A stretch of DNA of 32,649 nucleotides from a virus (taxonomy: Duplodnaviria; Caudoviricetes), in IMG/VR virus record IMGVR_UViG_3300037419_000783, positions 1 to 32,649 of that record; one strand, given 5' to 3'. Below, piece by piece: positions 18,063 to 26,365 of this stretch. Numbering within the stretch: the first letter of the stretch is position 1; each line of letters begins with the position of its first letter. The translations under genes were made by a program, and so were the position numbers. The notes under the pieces were generated by a model that worked only from the letters and a program-made list of their open reading frames with translations, was not told the origin of the DNA and did no database searches.

Positions 18063-18374
18063 TTAGAGGGCGCGGGCGATGGCTTTTTCAACGGCCTGGT
18101 TGATGCCCTGATCGCGCTGTGCCTTGGACATCTTCGGCTGTGGCCGGTTCAATTTCTCGGTTCCGACTTCGGTCAGGCCATTGGCCTTCGTGACCTTCCG
18201 GAACTCTGATTTCGACGTGTAGAAACGGCCATCGACATGCTCGGCCGCCTCCATCGTATCGCTAATGAGCATAGGGCAAGGAAGATCAGCACGCTGAACA
18301 GCCGGTCGAACATCATCGGGGCCGCCTTTCTCGACTAGCCTTCCGTTGCGGTAGATCCAGGTGCCGCGCGTCAT
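18063..18374 (-). CDS. Hypothetical head-region protein
   Basis: 103 aa; ATGA-coupled to portal; DGRFYTSKSEFR...GLTEVGTE. Confidence 0.75.
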   Translation of the reverse strand: MTRGTWIYRNGRLVEKGGPDDVRPAVQRADLPCPMLISDTMEAAEHVDGRFYTSKSEFRKVTKANGLTEVGTEKLNRPQPKMSKAQRDQGINQAVEKAIARAL

Positions 18375-20749
18375 GCCGGCTCCTTGCTCTTGGCCGCCTG
18401 CGCCTTGATTGCAGTGCTGTCAGCCGTTGCCTGCACGCTGGCATCGGTCGTGCGGATCGCGTTGTCCGTCTGCGTCTCGACGTGATCGATCTGGGCTTGC
18501 GTGGTTGCCACGGTCGAAGCCGTCTTGACCTTCACGCCCTCGATTTCGAGGCGCAGTTTCTCAATGGCGAGCGCGCCAAGATCCATCTTTTGGCCGTGCT
18601 CCTGCGCCTTGCGCATCTCTTCGGCGCCCATGTTGGCGAGCTTGGCGTTAAGCTCGGCCTCCTTGCGCTGCTCGTCGGTGTCCTTGATCTTCAGATCGGT
18701 CTGGAGCCGGATATCTTCACGCTGCTGTGCTGCCTGCGCTTCGGCGTCCTTGCGCTGCTGGTCCAGCATGGCCGCCTGCTGCTCGCGCTGATGCCGCTCG
18801 GCCTCAATCTGCGACTGCTGCTGCGTGGCCTGTGCCTCGGCCTGTGCCTTGGCGTGGGCCGGATCTTGCGGCTTGGGCTGCGACGCCATCTGCGCCATAT
18901 CGTCGGCGAATTCCTCGATCACGCCTTCCAACTGCCGACCGGCGCGGAACTGGCTGGCCACATACTTGAGCGTTTCAGCCATTAGCTTGGCCGCCTGAGG
19001 CACCGCCTGTACCAGCGGGATCGCCTGCCCCATGAACCCACCCACGGACGTGATGAACTCAGTCGCCCGCTGCTTCTGCGCGTTCTCGTCTGGTGCAATG
19101 GTCGAGTCCGTCTCGATATCCAGCACGAACGGCCGGACCTTCTGGTCACGAAGCAGTTTCATGACCTTCTCGACCGTGGGCGCCTCGTTCAGTTCTTCAA
19201 TCTGCTCCTTCAGCGCCTCGGCCTGCTGCTGGGCCTGCTGAAGCATCTGCTTGGCTTGGTCGGGGTTCTGCTGGGCCTGAGCCTGCAAATGCGGGTCACG
19301 CTTGGCCGCCTCGACCTGGGCGATGATCTGCTTGATCTGGGCCTCTAGCGGCCGGATCTTCTCCTTGATGTCCGCGTCGGTCTCAATGTCGAGCTGCGAC
19401 ATTTCGAGCATGGTCTTGGACGTGAAGTTCTCGGCCATGATCTCGGCGGAAATCCGCACCAAATCGCGGGCGAACCGCACCAGCTCGGCCTGCCGGTCCT
19501 TGACCCGAACCGAACCATACTGGCTCTTGAGCTGCTGTGCCGTGGCCGTCTCGCTGGCCTCGGTCGCGCCCCGCATGATGTCCGACAGGCCCGTGATCTC
19601 GTACACGTCCTCGATGATATGCCGGCGAAGCTCGACAAGCTGCACAATCGTGGTCGCAATCTGATCGATCGGAAGCCAGACGATCATGTCCTTGACGCCG
19701 CCCTGCCCGACCATCGCCCAATTGGAGATGGGGACGAGAACCTGGTTATCGACGGTTGATTTGATCGCCGTCTCGATCGCGTCGCCGATTTCACCAGCGC
19801 CGGCCGGATAGAAGCCGCGAACCTTCAGAGCATCCGCCAACGCACCAATGCGCGCCGTGAGTTCGTTCACCTCCTCAAGCTGATCCTTGTAGAACAGCAT
19901 ATCGGGAACGGGGATCAGCGAGCGCCGCTGCACGGTCGCATAAGCGGGCCGTGGGCAAGGGAAGAAGTCTTCCAGGTTCAGATGCGGCTCGCCCATGTCG
20001 AGGCAGATATCAACGCCTTCCGCTACCCAGCAAACACAGTTCTCAGACTTGCACCAGATTTCCCAGACGCCGGCCTTTTTCTCGCATTCCTCGCCGTCAT
20101 CGTCCTTTCGGGCCTCATAGGCCGCGCGCTTATAGGCATCGCCCGAGGTCTTCTTGAACCTCTCTTCCATCTCCTCTTCGGTCAGCCAAGAGCGCTTCGC
20201 TACCTTGTCCACCTCCCTCCAGGTGCGAGCGGGATCAATCAGGAAGTCCTTGCGGTCCACATACTCGATGCAGACCCGCTGGCCTTTGCCGTATTCGTTG
20301 GCCTCATAGCGCGCCCAGGCGCAGCCACGAGCCACAACGGTCAGGTCATCACGCACCAAGCGCATCACGCCGTCGATGTCCTGAAGCTCGAACCCGACCG
20401 CAGTGCAGCGCTCCAGCAGCTCGGAGGCCGTGCGCGGAACGGGCTTTCGGTCCTTGAACCGCGGCACCACAACAGGGATCGGCGGGCGCGAATAGATCGA
20501 CGGTCCCAAGACCTGAATATTGGCCCAGAACATCTGAAACTGACGATCGCGTCCCATCGCCGCGAGTTCGTTCAGGTTGGCGTACAGCTTGTCGAGGCTG
20601 TCGGCCTTGGTCTGCCATTCCTTGACGGACTTCTCGGCTTCCTCAACCCAGGCAAGCCAATAACGCGACGACTTGCCTTCAGGCATCTCGCCCTCGGCCC
20701 TCTCGTCGTCGTCATCCATATGGCCGGCCATGCCGGAGGAATCGGTCAT
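18371..20749 (-). CDS. Portal protein
   Basis: 792 aa after TerL; FWANIQVL, FFPCPRP and YEITGLSDIMRG..ETATAQQLK motifs; Q-rich coiled-coil tail. Confidence 0.92.
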   Translation of the reverse strand: MTDSSGMAGHMDDDDERAEGEMPEGKSSRYWLAWVEEAEKSVKEWQTKADSLDKLYANLNELAAMGRDRQFQMFWANIQVLGPSIYSRPPIPVVVPRFKDRKPVPRTASELLERCTAVGFELQDIDGVMRLVRDDLTVVARGCAWARYEANEYGKGQRVCIEYVDRKDFLIDPARTWREVDKVAKRSWLTEEEMEERFKKTSGDAYKRAAYEARKDDDGEECEKKAGVWEIWCKSENCVCWVAEGVDICLDMGEPHLNLEDFFPCPRPAYATVQRRSLIPVPDMLFYKDQLEEVNELTARIGALADALKVRGFYPAGAGEIGDAIETAIKSTVDNQVLVPISNWAMVGQGGVKDMIVWLPIDQIATTIVQLVELRRHIIEDVYEITGLSDIMRGATEASETATAQQLKSQYGSVRVKDRQAELVRFARDLVRISAEIMAENFTSKTMLEMSQLDIETDADIKEKIRPLEAQIKQIIAQVEAAKRDPHLQAQAQQNPDQAKQMLQQAQQQAEALKEQIEELNEAPTVEKVMKLLRDQKVRPFVLDIETDSTIAPDENAQKQRATEFITSVGGFMGQAIPLVQAVPQAAKLMAETLKYVASQFRAGRQLEGVIEEFADDMAQMASQPKPQDPAHAKAQAEAQATQQQSQIEAERHQREQQAAMLDQQRKDAEAQAAQQREDIRLQTDLKIKDTDEQRKEAELNAKLANMGAEEMRKAQEHGQKMDLGALAIEKLRLEIEGVKVKTASTVATTQAQIDHVETQTDNAIRTTDASVQATADSTAIKAQAAKSKEPA

Positions 20750-22107
20750 ACTTTGATCCTCTTGCCCGTGCTCATCTGCACAGGCGGCGGAATGAACTGG
20801 CCGGGCTTCGGAACCCGCTTGGGCTCCTCAATCACCTCGACCACGTTGCGCCAGGCGAGCGACAGATAGCGGAAGGCGTCCGCTAAATGGCTGGTCCAGT
20901 CATGGACCTCGCTGGCCTTGAATGTCTTCTTCTCGTCGTCCCATTCGCGCCGGTATTGCTCCAGCGCCGACATGCCGACCGCTTCGGTGCGGCTGTGGAA
21001 TACGCACTTTGGCAGCGTCGAGCGAACCGCCTGCACGCCGTCCAACTTGGTTGCCATCGGCACCAGGACGGGGTTTAGATTGAACTGACGCATTGTCTCA
21101 GTGCGGGTGCGGCCCGTTCCCCATTCCTTCACCTTGGCATCGTGAGGAACGTAATCGTTGCCCCTCTTCCAGCCCTTGGCGTGGCAAACCTCAGCGTAGT
21201 GATCGACACCAACTCCCGAGGCCGTGTAGCAATCGAGCACAAAGACCTTGCCGCCGATGACCTGAAACCACCAGATCGAGGTATCGTCTCTGACGCCAAT
21301 GTCCCATGCTGTGTGAACCGGCTTGCCCTCGACGGGCTCAAACTCTTGAATGCGGCCCGTATTCCGAACCGCCAGCATCTCCCGCGCGTAGAAGGCGCCG
21401 AGGATCGCGGCATTGAACGAGCACAGGTATTCCTGCTCAAACTGCGCCCGGCCCATGTCCTCGCCGAAAAGCGAGATGTATTCCTTAAGGCTCTCCTCAA
21501 CCTGCTCCTGGCTCAGTGCGCCAGTGTCATGGATGGTCGATAGTTCCGCAAACCACTTCGGGTTGGCCTTCGCCATGTCGTACATAGACATCGCGTGATT
21601 GCGACCGCGAGGCGTAGTGATGAATGTCGCCCATCCATCGTTTTCCTCCATCATCGGGCGGATATAGCCCCAAGCTGAAGGATTGCAGAGTGCCCACTCC
21701 GAGAACACAACGCCGGCCACGCCAGCGCCTACCAGGCCGTTATAGCGATCAGATCCTATGACCTGCCAAGTCGAACCGTTCCTGAACCGGATGAACATCT
21801 CGTCATCAACGGTCTTTTCCCTCAGCTCGATCGGGAAAGCCTCATCGATGCGGCGCTTTCCAGTGTGCGGGTTGACCGCGTTCCAGATGGCCTTCCGAGC
21901 CTGCGTATATTCCGGCAAGCAGTGCCAGTATGTCGCAACCCGCTTGTGGGCTTCGATCGCCGTATGGTGCAGGATCACATCGTCCTTGCCCCAGCGGCGA
22001 TGGGCTATTTCAACAGCCCGTTTCTTTCCCTCGTTTTGCAGCGCATTCCAGAGCGGATACTGGTAGCGGCGCGGCTGCCAATTGTTCGGCAGTTCAATGG
22101 TCGGCAA
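20746..22107 (-). CDS. terL: Terminase large subunit
   Basis: Walker A-like HRRWGKD; VVFSEW; FITTPRGRNH; nuclease AWDIGVRDDT and HDWTSHLADAFRY. Confidence 0.95.
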   Translation of the reverse strand: MPTIELPNNWQPRRYQYPLWNALQNEGKKRAVEIAHRRWGKDDVILHHTAIEAHKRVATYWHCLPEYTQARKAIWNAVNPHTGKRRIDEAFPIELREKTVDDEMFIRFRNGSTWQVIGSDRYNGLVGAGVAGVVFSEWALCNPSAWGYIRPMMEENDGWATFITTPRGRNHAMSMYDMAKANPKWFAELSTIHDTGALSQEQVEESLKEYISLFGEDMGRAQFEQEYLCSFNAAILGAFYAREMLAVRNTGRIQEFEPVEGKPVHTAWDIGVRDDTSIWWFQVIGGKVFVLDCYTASGVGVDHYAEVCHAKGWKRGNDYVPHDAKVKEWGTGRTRTETMRQFNLNPVLVPMATKLDGVQAVRSTLPKCVFHSRTEAVGMSALEQYRREWDDEKKTFKASEVHDWTSHLADAFRYLSLAWRNVVEVIEEPKRVPKPGQFIPPPVQMSTGKRIKV

Positions 22108-22384
22108 GGGTGAACTGCTTCACAACGATCTGTAGTGCGCCGCCATCCTCGCCCGTTACCTGCATCGGAAGCACCTTGCCAAGGAGCTGAGCGAATGCCT
22201 TCGGCTCATTCTTCGCGAGGAACTTGCAATAGCCAGTCAGGCGGCCCTTGCCCTTGTGATCCTCACCCACGGCATCGGCTGCTTTCAGGATGGCTTCCTT
22301 GAGCATTGCCGTAGTTCTATTCTTTGCGCCCTTTGGACGGCCGGCGCCCCGTTTTGTGAGATTTCTCTCCTCTATTTTATCCAT
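22094..22384 (-). CDS. terS: Terminase small subunit
   Basis: GRPKGAKNRTT, AFAQLLGKVLP and VTGEDGGAL motifs; overlaps TerL start. Confidence 0.8.
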   Translation of the reverse strand: MDKIEERNLTKRGAGRPKGAKNRTTAMLKEAILKAADAVGEDHKGKGRLTGYCKFLAKNEPKAFAQLLGKVLPMQVTGEDGGALQIVVKQFTLADH

Positions 22385-22417
22385 TTCGGCTCAGGCGGTT
22401 TGAGCGCCTGCCTCCGG

Positions 22418-22711
22418 TTACTTGATGATGGTTTCCCTGAGGGTGTCGATCGCGCGCTGCTGTTCCGGCGTGCGCGGCGTGTCGTCAATGATGGTGTACG
22501 GCAGCACCATGAAGCGGTCAGGGCCGCGCGTGGCAACGGGGCCGTCCTCTGGCTGCCTAGCAACGACCATTGCAACGGCCGGGGATGCGATCGGAGCGGG
22601 CTTGCCGGGCTTACCCATCATGTGGGCAGTGCAAGCCTCGACGTGGGCTTGGACGGCTTTGGCGAAGGCTTCTGCCGGGCCTGAGAGGCTGAGCGGAACG
22701 TTGACGGTCAA
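22418..22711 (-). CDS. Hypothetical protein (97 aa, TTG start)
   Basis: TTGA overlap with the upstream gene; 3' half of the listed 172-aa ORF. Confidence 0.6.
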   Translation of the reverse strand: MTVNVPLSLSGPAEAFAKAVQAHVEACTAHMMGKPGKPAPIASPAVAMVVARQPEDGPVATRGPDRFMVLPYTIIDDTPRTPEQQRAIDTLRETIIK

Positions 22712-22923
22712 CGGATCACCAATGGATGGCCGACGCCCGCAACGCCAATCAGGCCGAGCAAGGCGTAGACGATGATAAGCACCAGGATCACGATGAGGAT
22801 GACGCGAACGACCTGCTTGATGGGCTCGGGCAGCGGGACCACGCCGAGGATGGTGACGACGGCCCAATAGATCACGCCGGCAATGATGAGGTAGACGCAG
22901 AGGTTGATGAGCGGGGCAATCAT
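22708..22923 (-). CDS. Small two-TM membrane protein
   Basis: 71 aa; helices separated by PLPEPIK; GGAG SD. Confidence 0.8.
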   Translation of the reverse strand: MIAPLINLCVYLIIAGVIYWAVVTILGVVPLPEPIKQVVRVILIVILVLIIVYALLGLIGVAGVGHPLVIR

Positions 22924-22960
22924 GTATCAGCTCCAATCTGTGATGCAGACTGCCCCGGAC

Positions 22961-23092
22961 TTAACGTTGTGCACATCCGCCAGCGATGTAGCCAATACCG
23001 AGCGCGGCGAGGATCGCCACCACGGGCCAGAACCAATCCACGACCATGCCCACGTAGGCGAATTCTGGCGGGATGGTGACAGACAGGATCAT
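22961..23092 (-). CDS. 43-aa single-TM protein (not in ORF track)
   Basis: MILSVTIPPEFAYVGMVVDWFWPVVAILAALGIGYIAGGCAQR, translated by hand. Confidence 0.55.
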   Translation of the reverse strand: MILSVTIPPEFAYVGMVVDWFWPVVAILAALGIGYIAGGCAQR

Positions 23093-23113
23093 TGGATACC
23101 CTGCGAGTTGGAC

Positions 23114-23363
23114 GAAGCGGCGCTCGGTGTGCTCACAAACCTACGTCGGGCATGACGAGGATGTCCGAACGCCGCTCCGAACTGAAAGGAAAAAGCCCCG
23201 GCCTCATGCGCTCATGGGGGAAGCAGGCCGGGGCTAGTGGGGTCGCGTCTCGGAGGTCACGAAGAAAACGGCAAAGAAAACCCGCTGGCCTGACCGATCT
23301 TGGCAGGCCCGGCGGAAAGGCCAAAGACCACTTCACCGTTGGGGTTTCTTCGCATGCTCCAAA
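23114..23363 (-). ncRNA. Structured late-operon leader with three large stem-loops, two terminator-like
   Basis: Stems at 23249-23363, 23194-23235 (plus U tract 23184-23193) and 23116-23176. Confidence 0.6.
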
Positions 23364-23384
23364 CTGATTTGCCTATTGTGGAAA

Positions 23385-23825
23385 CTACATAGACGCGATG
23401 TTACGCAGACGTTTTCCAGGCCGAGGCTTGCGGCTGCTCTTGCGCGTCTGAGGCTTGGGCCGTTCCCCGCGAAAGTATTTTGTGTACCTCGGCGCGTCGG
23501 TTCGATTGTATTCGCCGCCGGCATGGCCGAGCACCATGCGAAACATCTCGGAATCCCTGACACGCTGGGCACGATGGTTAGGGTTTGCGGGGACGTGATA
23601 GATCCCATGGATGTCAGGGATGCCGGCCCAATCGTCTCCATCAGTCAGAAAGAACACATATCCAGTGAAGATTGGGCATTCCTTGACGTGATCCCGCCCG
23701 TCCACCTTCCAGGAGCGTGCATAGGTCGGCAGAAACGCGCCGTGGTTCGTTTTCTCGATCTCCCTGCGGGCAATGTGCTCCATCTTTGAGACCGTCTGTG
23801 CGACCGTCCAATAGCGTTCCGTCAT
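23385..23825 (-). CDS. NusG-family (NGN domain) antitermination protein
   Basis: YWTVAQT...E..A...I......FLP...PIFTGYVF NGN pattern; occupies the lambda Q position. Confidence 0.82.
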   Translation of the reverse strand: MTERYWTVAQTVSKMEHIARREIEKTNHGAFLPTYARSWKVDGRDHVKECPIFTGYVFFLTDGDDWAGIPDIHGIYHVPANPNHRAQRVRDSEMFRMVLGHAGGEYNRTDAPRYTKYFRGERPKPQTRKSSRKPRPGKRLRNIASM

Positions 23826-24016
23826 ACCGTTGCTCCCAGCAGCTTCCTGACCAGCTCCACCGCGTTACGCACACCCATGCGGTCGTAAATGTTCGCCCTA
23901 TGCGTCTCGATCGTCCGGGTATCCACCCCCAGCTTTGCCGCGATCTCCTTGTTGCTCCACCCGAGCGCTACCAGCTCGCAAACCTGCTGCTGCTTCCTCG
24001 TCAGCGCCTGCATCAC
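23822..24016 (-). CDS. Stand-alone LuxR/GerE HTH regulator
   Basis: LTRKQQQVCELVALGWSNKEIAAKLGVDTRTIETHRANIYDRMGVRNAVELV. Confidence 0.92.
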   Translation of the reverse strand: MMQALTRKQQQVCELVALGWSNKEIAAKLGVDTRTIETHRANIYDRMGVRNAVELVRKLLGATV

Positions 24017-24402
24017 TGCGAACTCGGCCCAAAGCCACGCTTCAGTTGCTCGGCCAATTCCTGCATCCCCCTGGCAATTCTGGCTTCCGCCTCAAGGTCG
24101 CGCGGCGGTTCCGGCAAGCGCTTTCGATTAGCGCGCTCTTCACGGTCCAGATCCTCAAAGTGTTCTTCGCGCCATTGATCTAGGTGCTTCCGGATGGCCG
24201 CAAGATTGAGGTAAGTGACCTTCGCTGGGATACCGTTTACAGGGTCAACCGCGCGCTCGATAACTGGCCGGGGAAAGGTCGATAACATCGCCACCAATCC
24301 CGCTGCGAATCCCTTGGGATCGCTCGCCGGAATTTCCGGGTAAAAGCCTAGGATTTTCTTGGCGGCTGCCGCTGCCGCCTGCTGCGAAATTGTCGAGGTC
24401 AT
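24013..24402 (-). CDS. Replication-associated hypothetical protein (helicase loader-like position)
   Basis: 129 aa; AAGGA SD; ATGA-coupled to the LuxR gene. Confidence 0.65.
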   Translation of the reverse strand: MTSTISQQAAAAAAKKILGFYPEIPASDPKGFAAGLVAMLSTFPRPVIERAVDPVNGIPAKVTYLNLAAIRKHLDQWREEHFEDLDREERANRKRLPEPPRDLEAEARIARGMQELAEQLKRGFGPSSQ

Positions 24403-25009
24403 TTAGGATGTCCTTGGTTTCATTCCGGCCGCGCTGAAACTCCGTCAGTTGTCGCGCATGGCCTATGCGATTTGTAGGTTGGTACTTCTTCAGATCACGC
24501 ATACGGTTACGCCAAGTAGCCTTCCAATCGAGCTTCACGCCCTTCGCGCCAGGCACGCTCGACCAGTAATCGATGAATTGCGGTGTTTCCGCTTCCACTT
24601 TGTCCGGTGGAATTCCGAGGGCCACGGCGAATGCGCGATCATCGTCATCAATCGCGAAATCCGGTGGAATTCTTGTCCCGCGCGCAACCCTCTTACTTTC
24701 TTTCTTTTCCTTAACTTCTTCCTGGATAGCCTCTTCTTTCTTTTCCCTTATAATACAGGACGTGTCCGGTGGACTTCCGGCGGATTCCGGTGGATTTCCG
24801 GTGGACATTGCGGACGCGCGCTGACGCCGTTTCCGCTCCCTGTCCCATGCACGGCGCTTGTCGATAGTCGAAGTGTCCACCGGACTTACGGTGGAAACGG
24901 CCCTCGCCGCCATCGCCTCTTCGAGTGTCGCGACTGCGCTGACAATGAATTCCACCGGAATTCCCTTGCCGTGCATTTCCGCAATCATGTTTGCAATTGG
25001 TGTCTTCAT
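24245..25009 (-). CDS. Replication initiator (O-like; DnaT-like C-terminal domain)
   Basis: RRAWDRERKRRQR; RGTRIPPDF...FIDYW...KLDWKATWRN; internal iterons. Confidence 0.82.
   Translation of the reverse strand: MKTPIANMIAEMHGKGIPVEFIVSAVATLEEAMAARAVSTVSPVDTSTIDKRRAWDRERKRRQRASAMSTGNPPESAGSPPDTSCIIREKKEEAIQEEVKEKKESKRVARGTRIPPDFAIDDDDRAFAVALGIPPDKVEAETPQFIDYWSSVPGAKGVKLDWKATWRNRMRDLKKYQPTNRIGHARQLTEFQRGRNETKDILNDLDNFAAGGSGSRQENPRLLPGNSGERSQGIRSGIGGDVIDLSPASYRARG
24603..24959. repeat. Origin iterons TCCGGTGGA / TCCACCGGA with adjacent AT-rich tract
   Basis: Copies at 24603, 24660, 24765, 24776 (variant), 24786, 24797; inverted at 24876 and 24951; T-rich 24691-24755. Confidence 0.8.
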
Positions 25010-25203
25010 TTCGTGTGCGACACCCTCGCTACGCCCATGATCTGAGCGCACAACTTCTCCGCCTGATCCATATCCACGAAGATACGAACGAAGGCTTCTC
25101 CTTTGATGTCAGGAAACTCCTGGCACAGAACTAGATCCCCACCGGCACCCTCATAGACCTCAACAGGGAGGCAGATTGTTTCGCTCACATAGCCTGGCAT
25201 CAT
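25006..25203 (-). CDS. Hypothetical protein
   Basis: 65 aa; ATGA overlaps at both ends. Confidence 0.7.
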   Translation of the reverse strand: MMPGYVSETICLPVEVYEGAGGDLVLCQEFPDIKGEAFVRIFVDMDQAEKLCAQIMGVARVSHTK

Positions 25204-25445
25204 ACCATCCCCAGAGAAGCCATGTAGCTTTCGAGAATGGCCTGTGCCTCGTCCCGCTTGCTCTTGTCCTGCTTGCGGATTGATACGAGCTGGCGCAGAA
25301 CTTTCACATCGAAGCCGTTTCCGCCGGCTTCCTTGAAGATTTCGGCGCGGTCGTCTGTCAGTTCCTTGATCTGCGCATTGAGGTTCTCGATGCGCTCCAC
25401 GACAGACTTAAGCTGTCCGTTAATATTGTGACCCGGCTCGGTCAT
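25200..25445 (-). CDS. GapR/DUF2312-family DNA-binding protein
   Basis: QLKSVVERIENL...DDRAEIFKEA..NGFDVKVLRQLVSIRKQD...YMASLGM; AGGAG SD. Confidence 0.92.
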   Translation of the reverse strand: MTEPGHNINGQLKSVVERIENLNAQIKELTDDRAEIFKEAGGNGFDVKVLRQLVSIRKQDKSKRDEAQAILESYMASLGMV

Positions 25446-25647
25446 CCGCGCTCTCCTGGGTTTTAGTTTCGGGAACGCGGTTTGAACTGTACTCACGAAG
25501 GGCCAACGAGACACCGTCGATCAGAATGTTGGCAAGGTGGGCCTTGGCGATCTCGAAACGAAGGAGGTCGTCAGAGCCGAATGGTTGAATGTTGAGGACG
25601 AAGCGGTCAGGGCCCGGCGTCGTCAGGTATGCGATCTTCGCAATCAT
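25420..25647 (-). CDS. Hypothetical protein
   Basis: 75 aa; ATGA-coupled. Confidence 0.65.
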   Translation of the reverse strand: MIAKIAYLTTPGPDRFVLNIQPFGSDDLLRFEIAKAHLANILIDGVSLALREYSSNRVPETKTQESADDRAGSQY

Positions 25648-25781
25648 GCTGCGCGAACCTCACGCTTGAGCTGGGCCACCTTCTCCAACACGTGCACGCG
25701 GTGGCGGATGCGATCGCGGGACTTCGGGGAGGCTTTGCGGAGCGCGTCCTTGCGCTGCTTCAGGAGGTCACGAAGCTTCAT
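25644..25781 (-). CDS. Small basic protein (45 aa)
   Basis: MKLRDLLKQRK...EVRAA; AAGGT SD. Confidence 0.55.
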   Translation of the reverse strand: MKLRDLLKQRKDALRKASPKSRDRIRHRVHVLEKVAQLKREVRAA

Positions 25782-26145
25782 GGAACACCTTTGCGAGGGT
25801 GATGGGATAGCGATACCAATGAGCATTCATGGATTGAGACTTGTTGCCTTGGCCGAAGCGCCCGTCGTATGGGCTGCACAAGATGGCCTGCATATGCACA
25901 AAGGTTTCGATTCCGAGGGACTTATGCACAGCCCGCCGCGCACTTTTTTCTGTCTCTGCAGGGGCCGACAGGGGTTGATCCTCTCTAAGGGCTATGATTT
26001 CACGATAACGTCTTCCGCATGAACCTTCGTTCTGGCCGAGCTCCACGGCGATTGCCGCGAAGCTCTTACGCTCGACCTCTCGCTTGAAAACAAGCTGCTT
26101 AAGATCTTCGAGCGACCACTTGTCCACCCAGCCTGGATTAGCCAT
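25768..26145 (-). CDS. GcrA/Myb-like HTH protein
   Basis: KWSLEDLKQL...KSFAAIAVELGQNEGSCGRRY. Confidence 0.6.
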   Translation of the reverse strand: MANPGWVDKWSLEDLKQLVFKREVERKSFAAIAVELGQNEGSCGRRYREIIALREDQPLSAPAETEKSARRAVHKSLGIETFVHMQAILCSPYDGRFGQGNKSQSMNAHWYRYPITLAKVFHEAS

Positions 26146-26332
26146 GGCGTGACCTATCCAGCATATGGGCCAAGCGATTTGCCACCTCGGATTCGGGCAC
26201 ATCGCCCGTTCCCGAGCTGAGGATCTTCGCGATTTCGTAGGTGTCCTTACCCTCGCGCCAAAGCGTGAGGATGCTCCATTGGCTCACGCGCGTTTGCGGG
26301 ATGCGTGCTCGCTCTAACAGTTCAATTGTCAT
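26138..26332 (-). CDS. Small HTH-like protein
   Basis: LWREGKDTYEIAKIL...VPESEVANRL. Confidence 0.65.
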   Translation of the reverse strand: MTIELLERARIPQTRVSQWSILTLWREGKDTYEIAKILSSGTGDVPESEVANRLAHMLDRSRHG

Positions 26333-26365
26333 TTCCCCCATCTCCTTACGACCGCCCACGCGATC

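Noticed and set aside
15290-18209. Long plus-strand ORFs (560, 374, 261 aa) opposite capsid and scaffold
   Set aside because: Shadow ORFs of GC3-biased genes; Arg-rich nonsense composition and no RBS context
20746-22107. Intein or intron in terminase
   Set aside because: Normal length and uninterrupted motifs
22712-22936. N-terminal half of the listed 172-aa ORF
   Set aside because: Out-of-frame overlap with the 71-aa membrane gene; the TTG at 22711 is the more plausible start
23100-23370. Possible tRNA in the late leader
   Set aside because: No T-loop GTTCRA within a cloverleaf and no acceptor stem of the right size; stems are too long
24603-24959. CRISPR-like or DGR repeats
   Set aside because: 9-bp units with irregular spacing inside a CDS; no cas or reverse transcriptase gene; fit iterons
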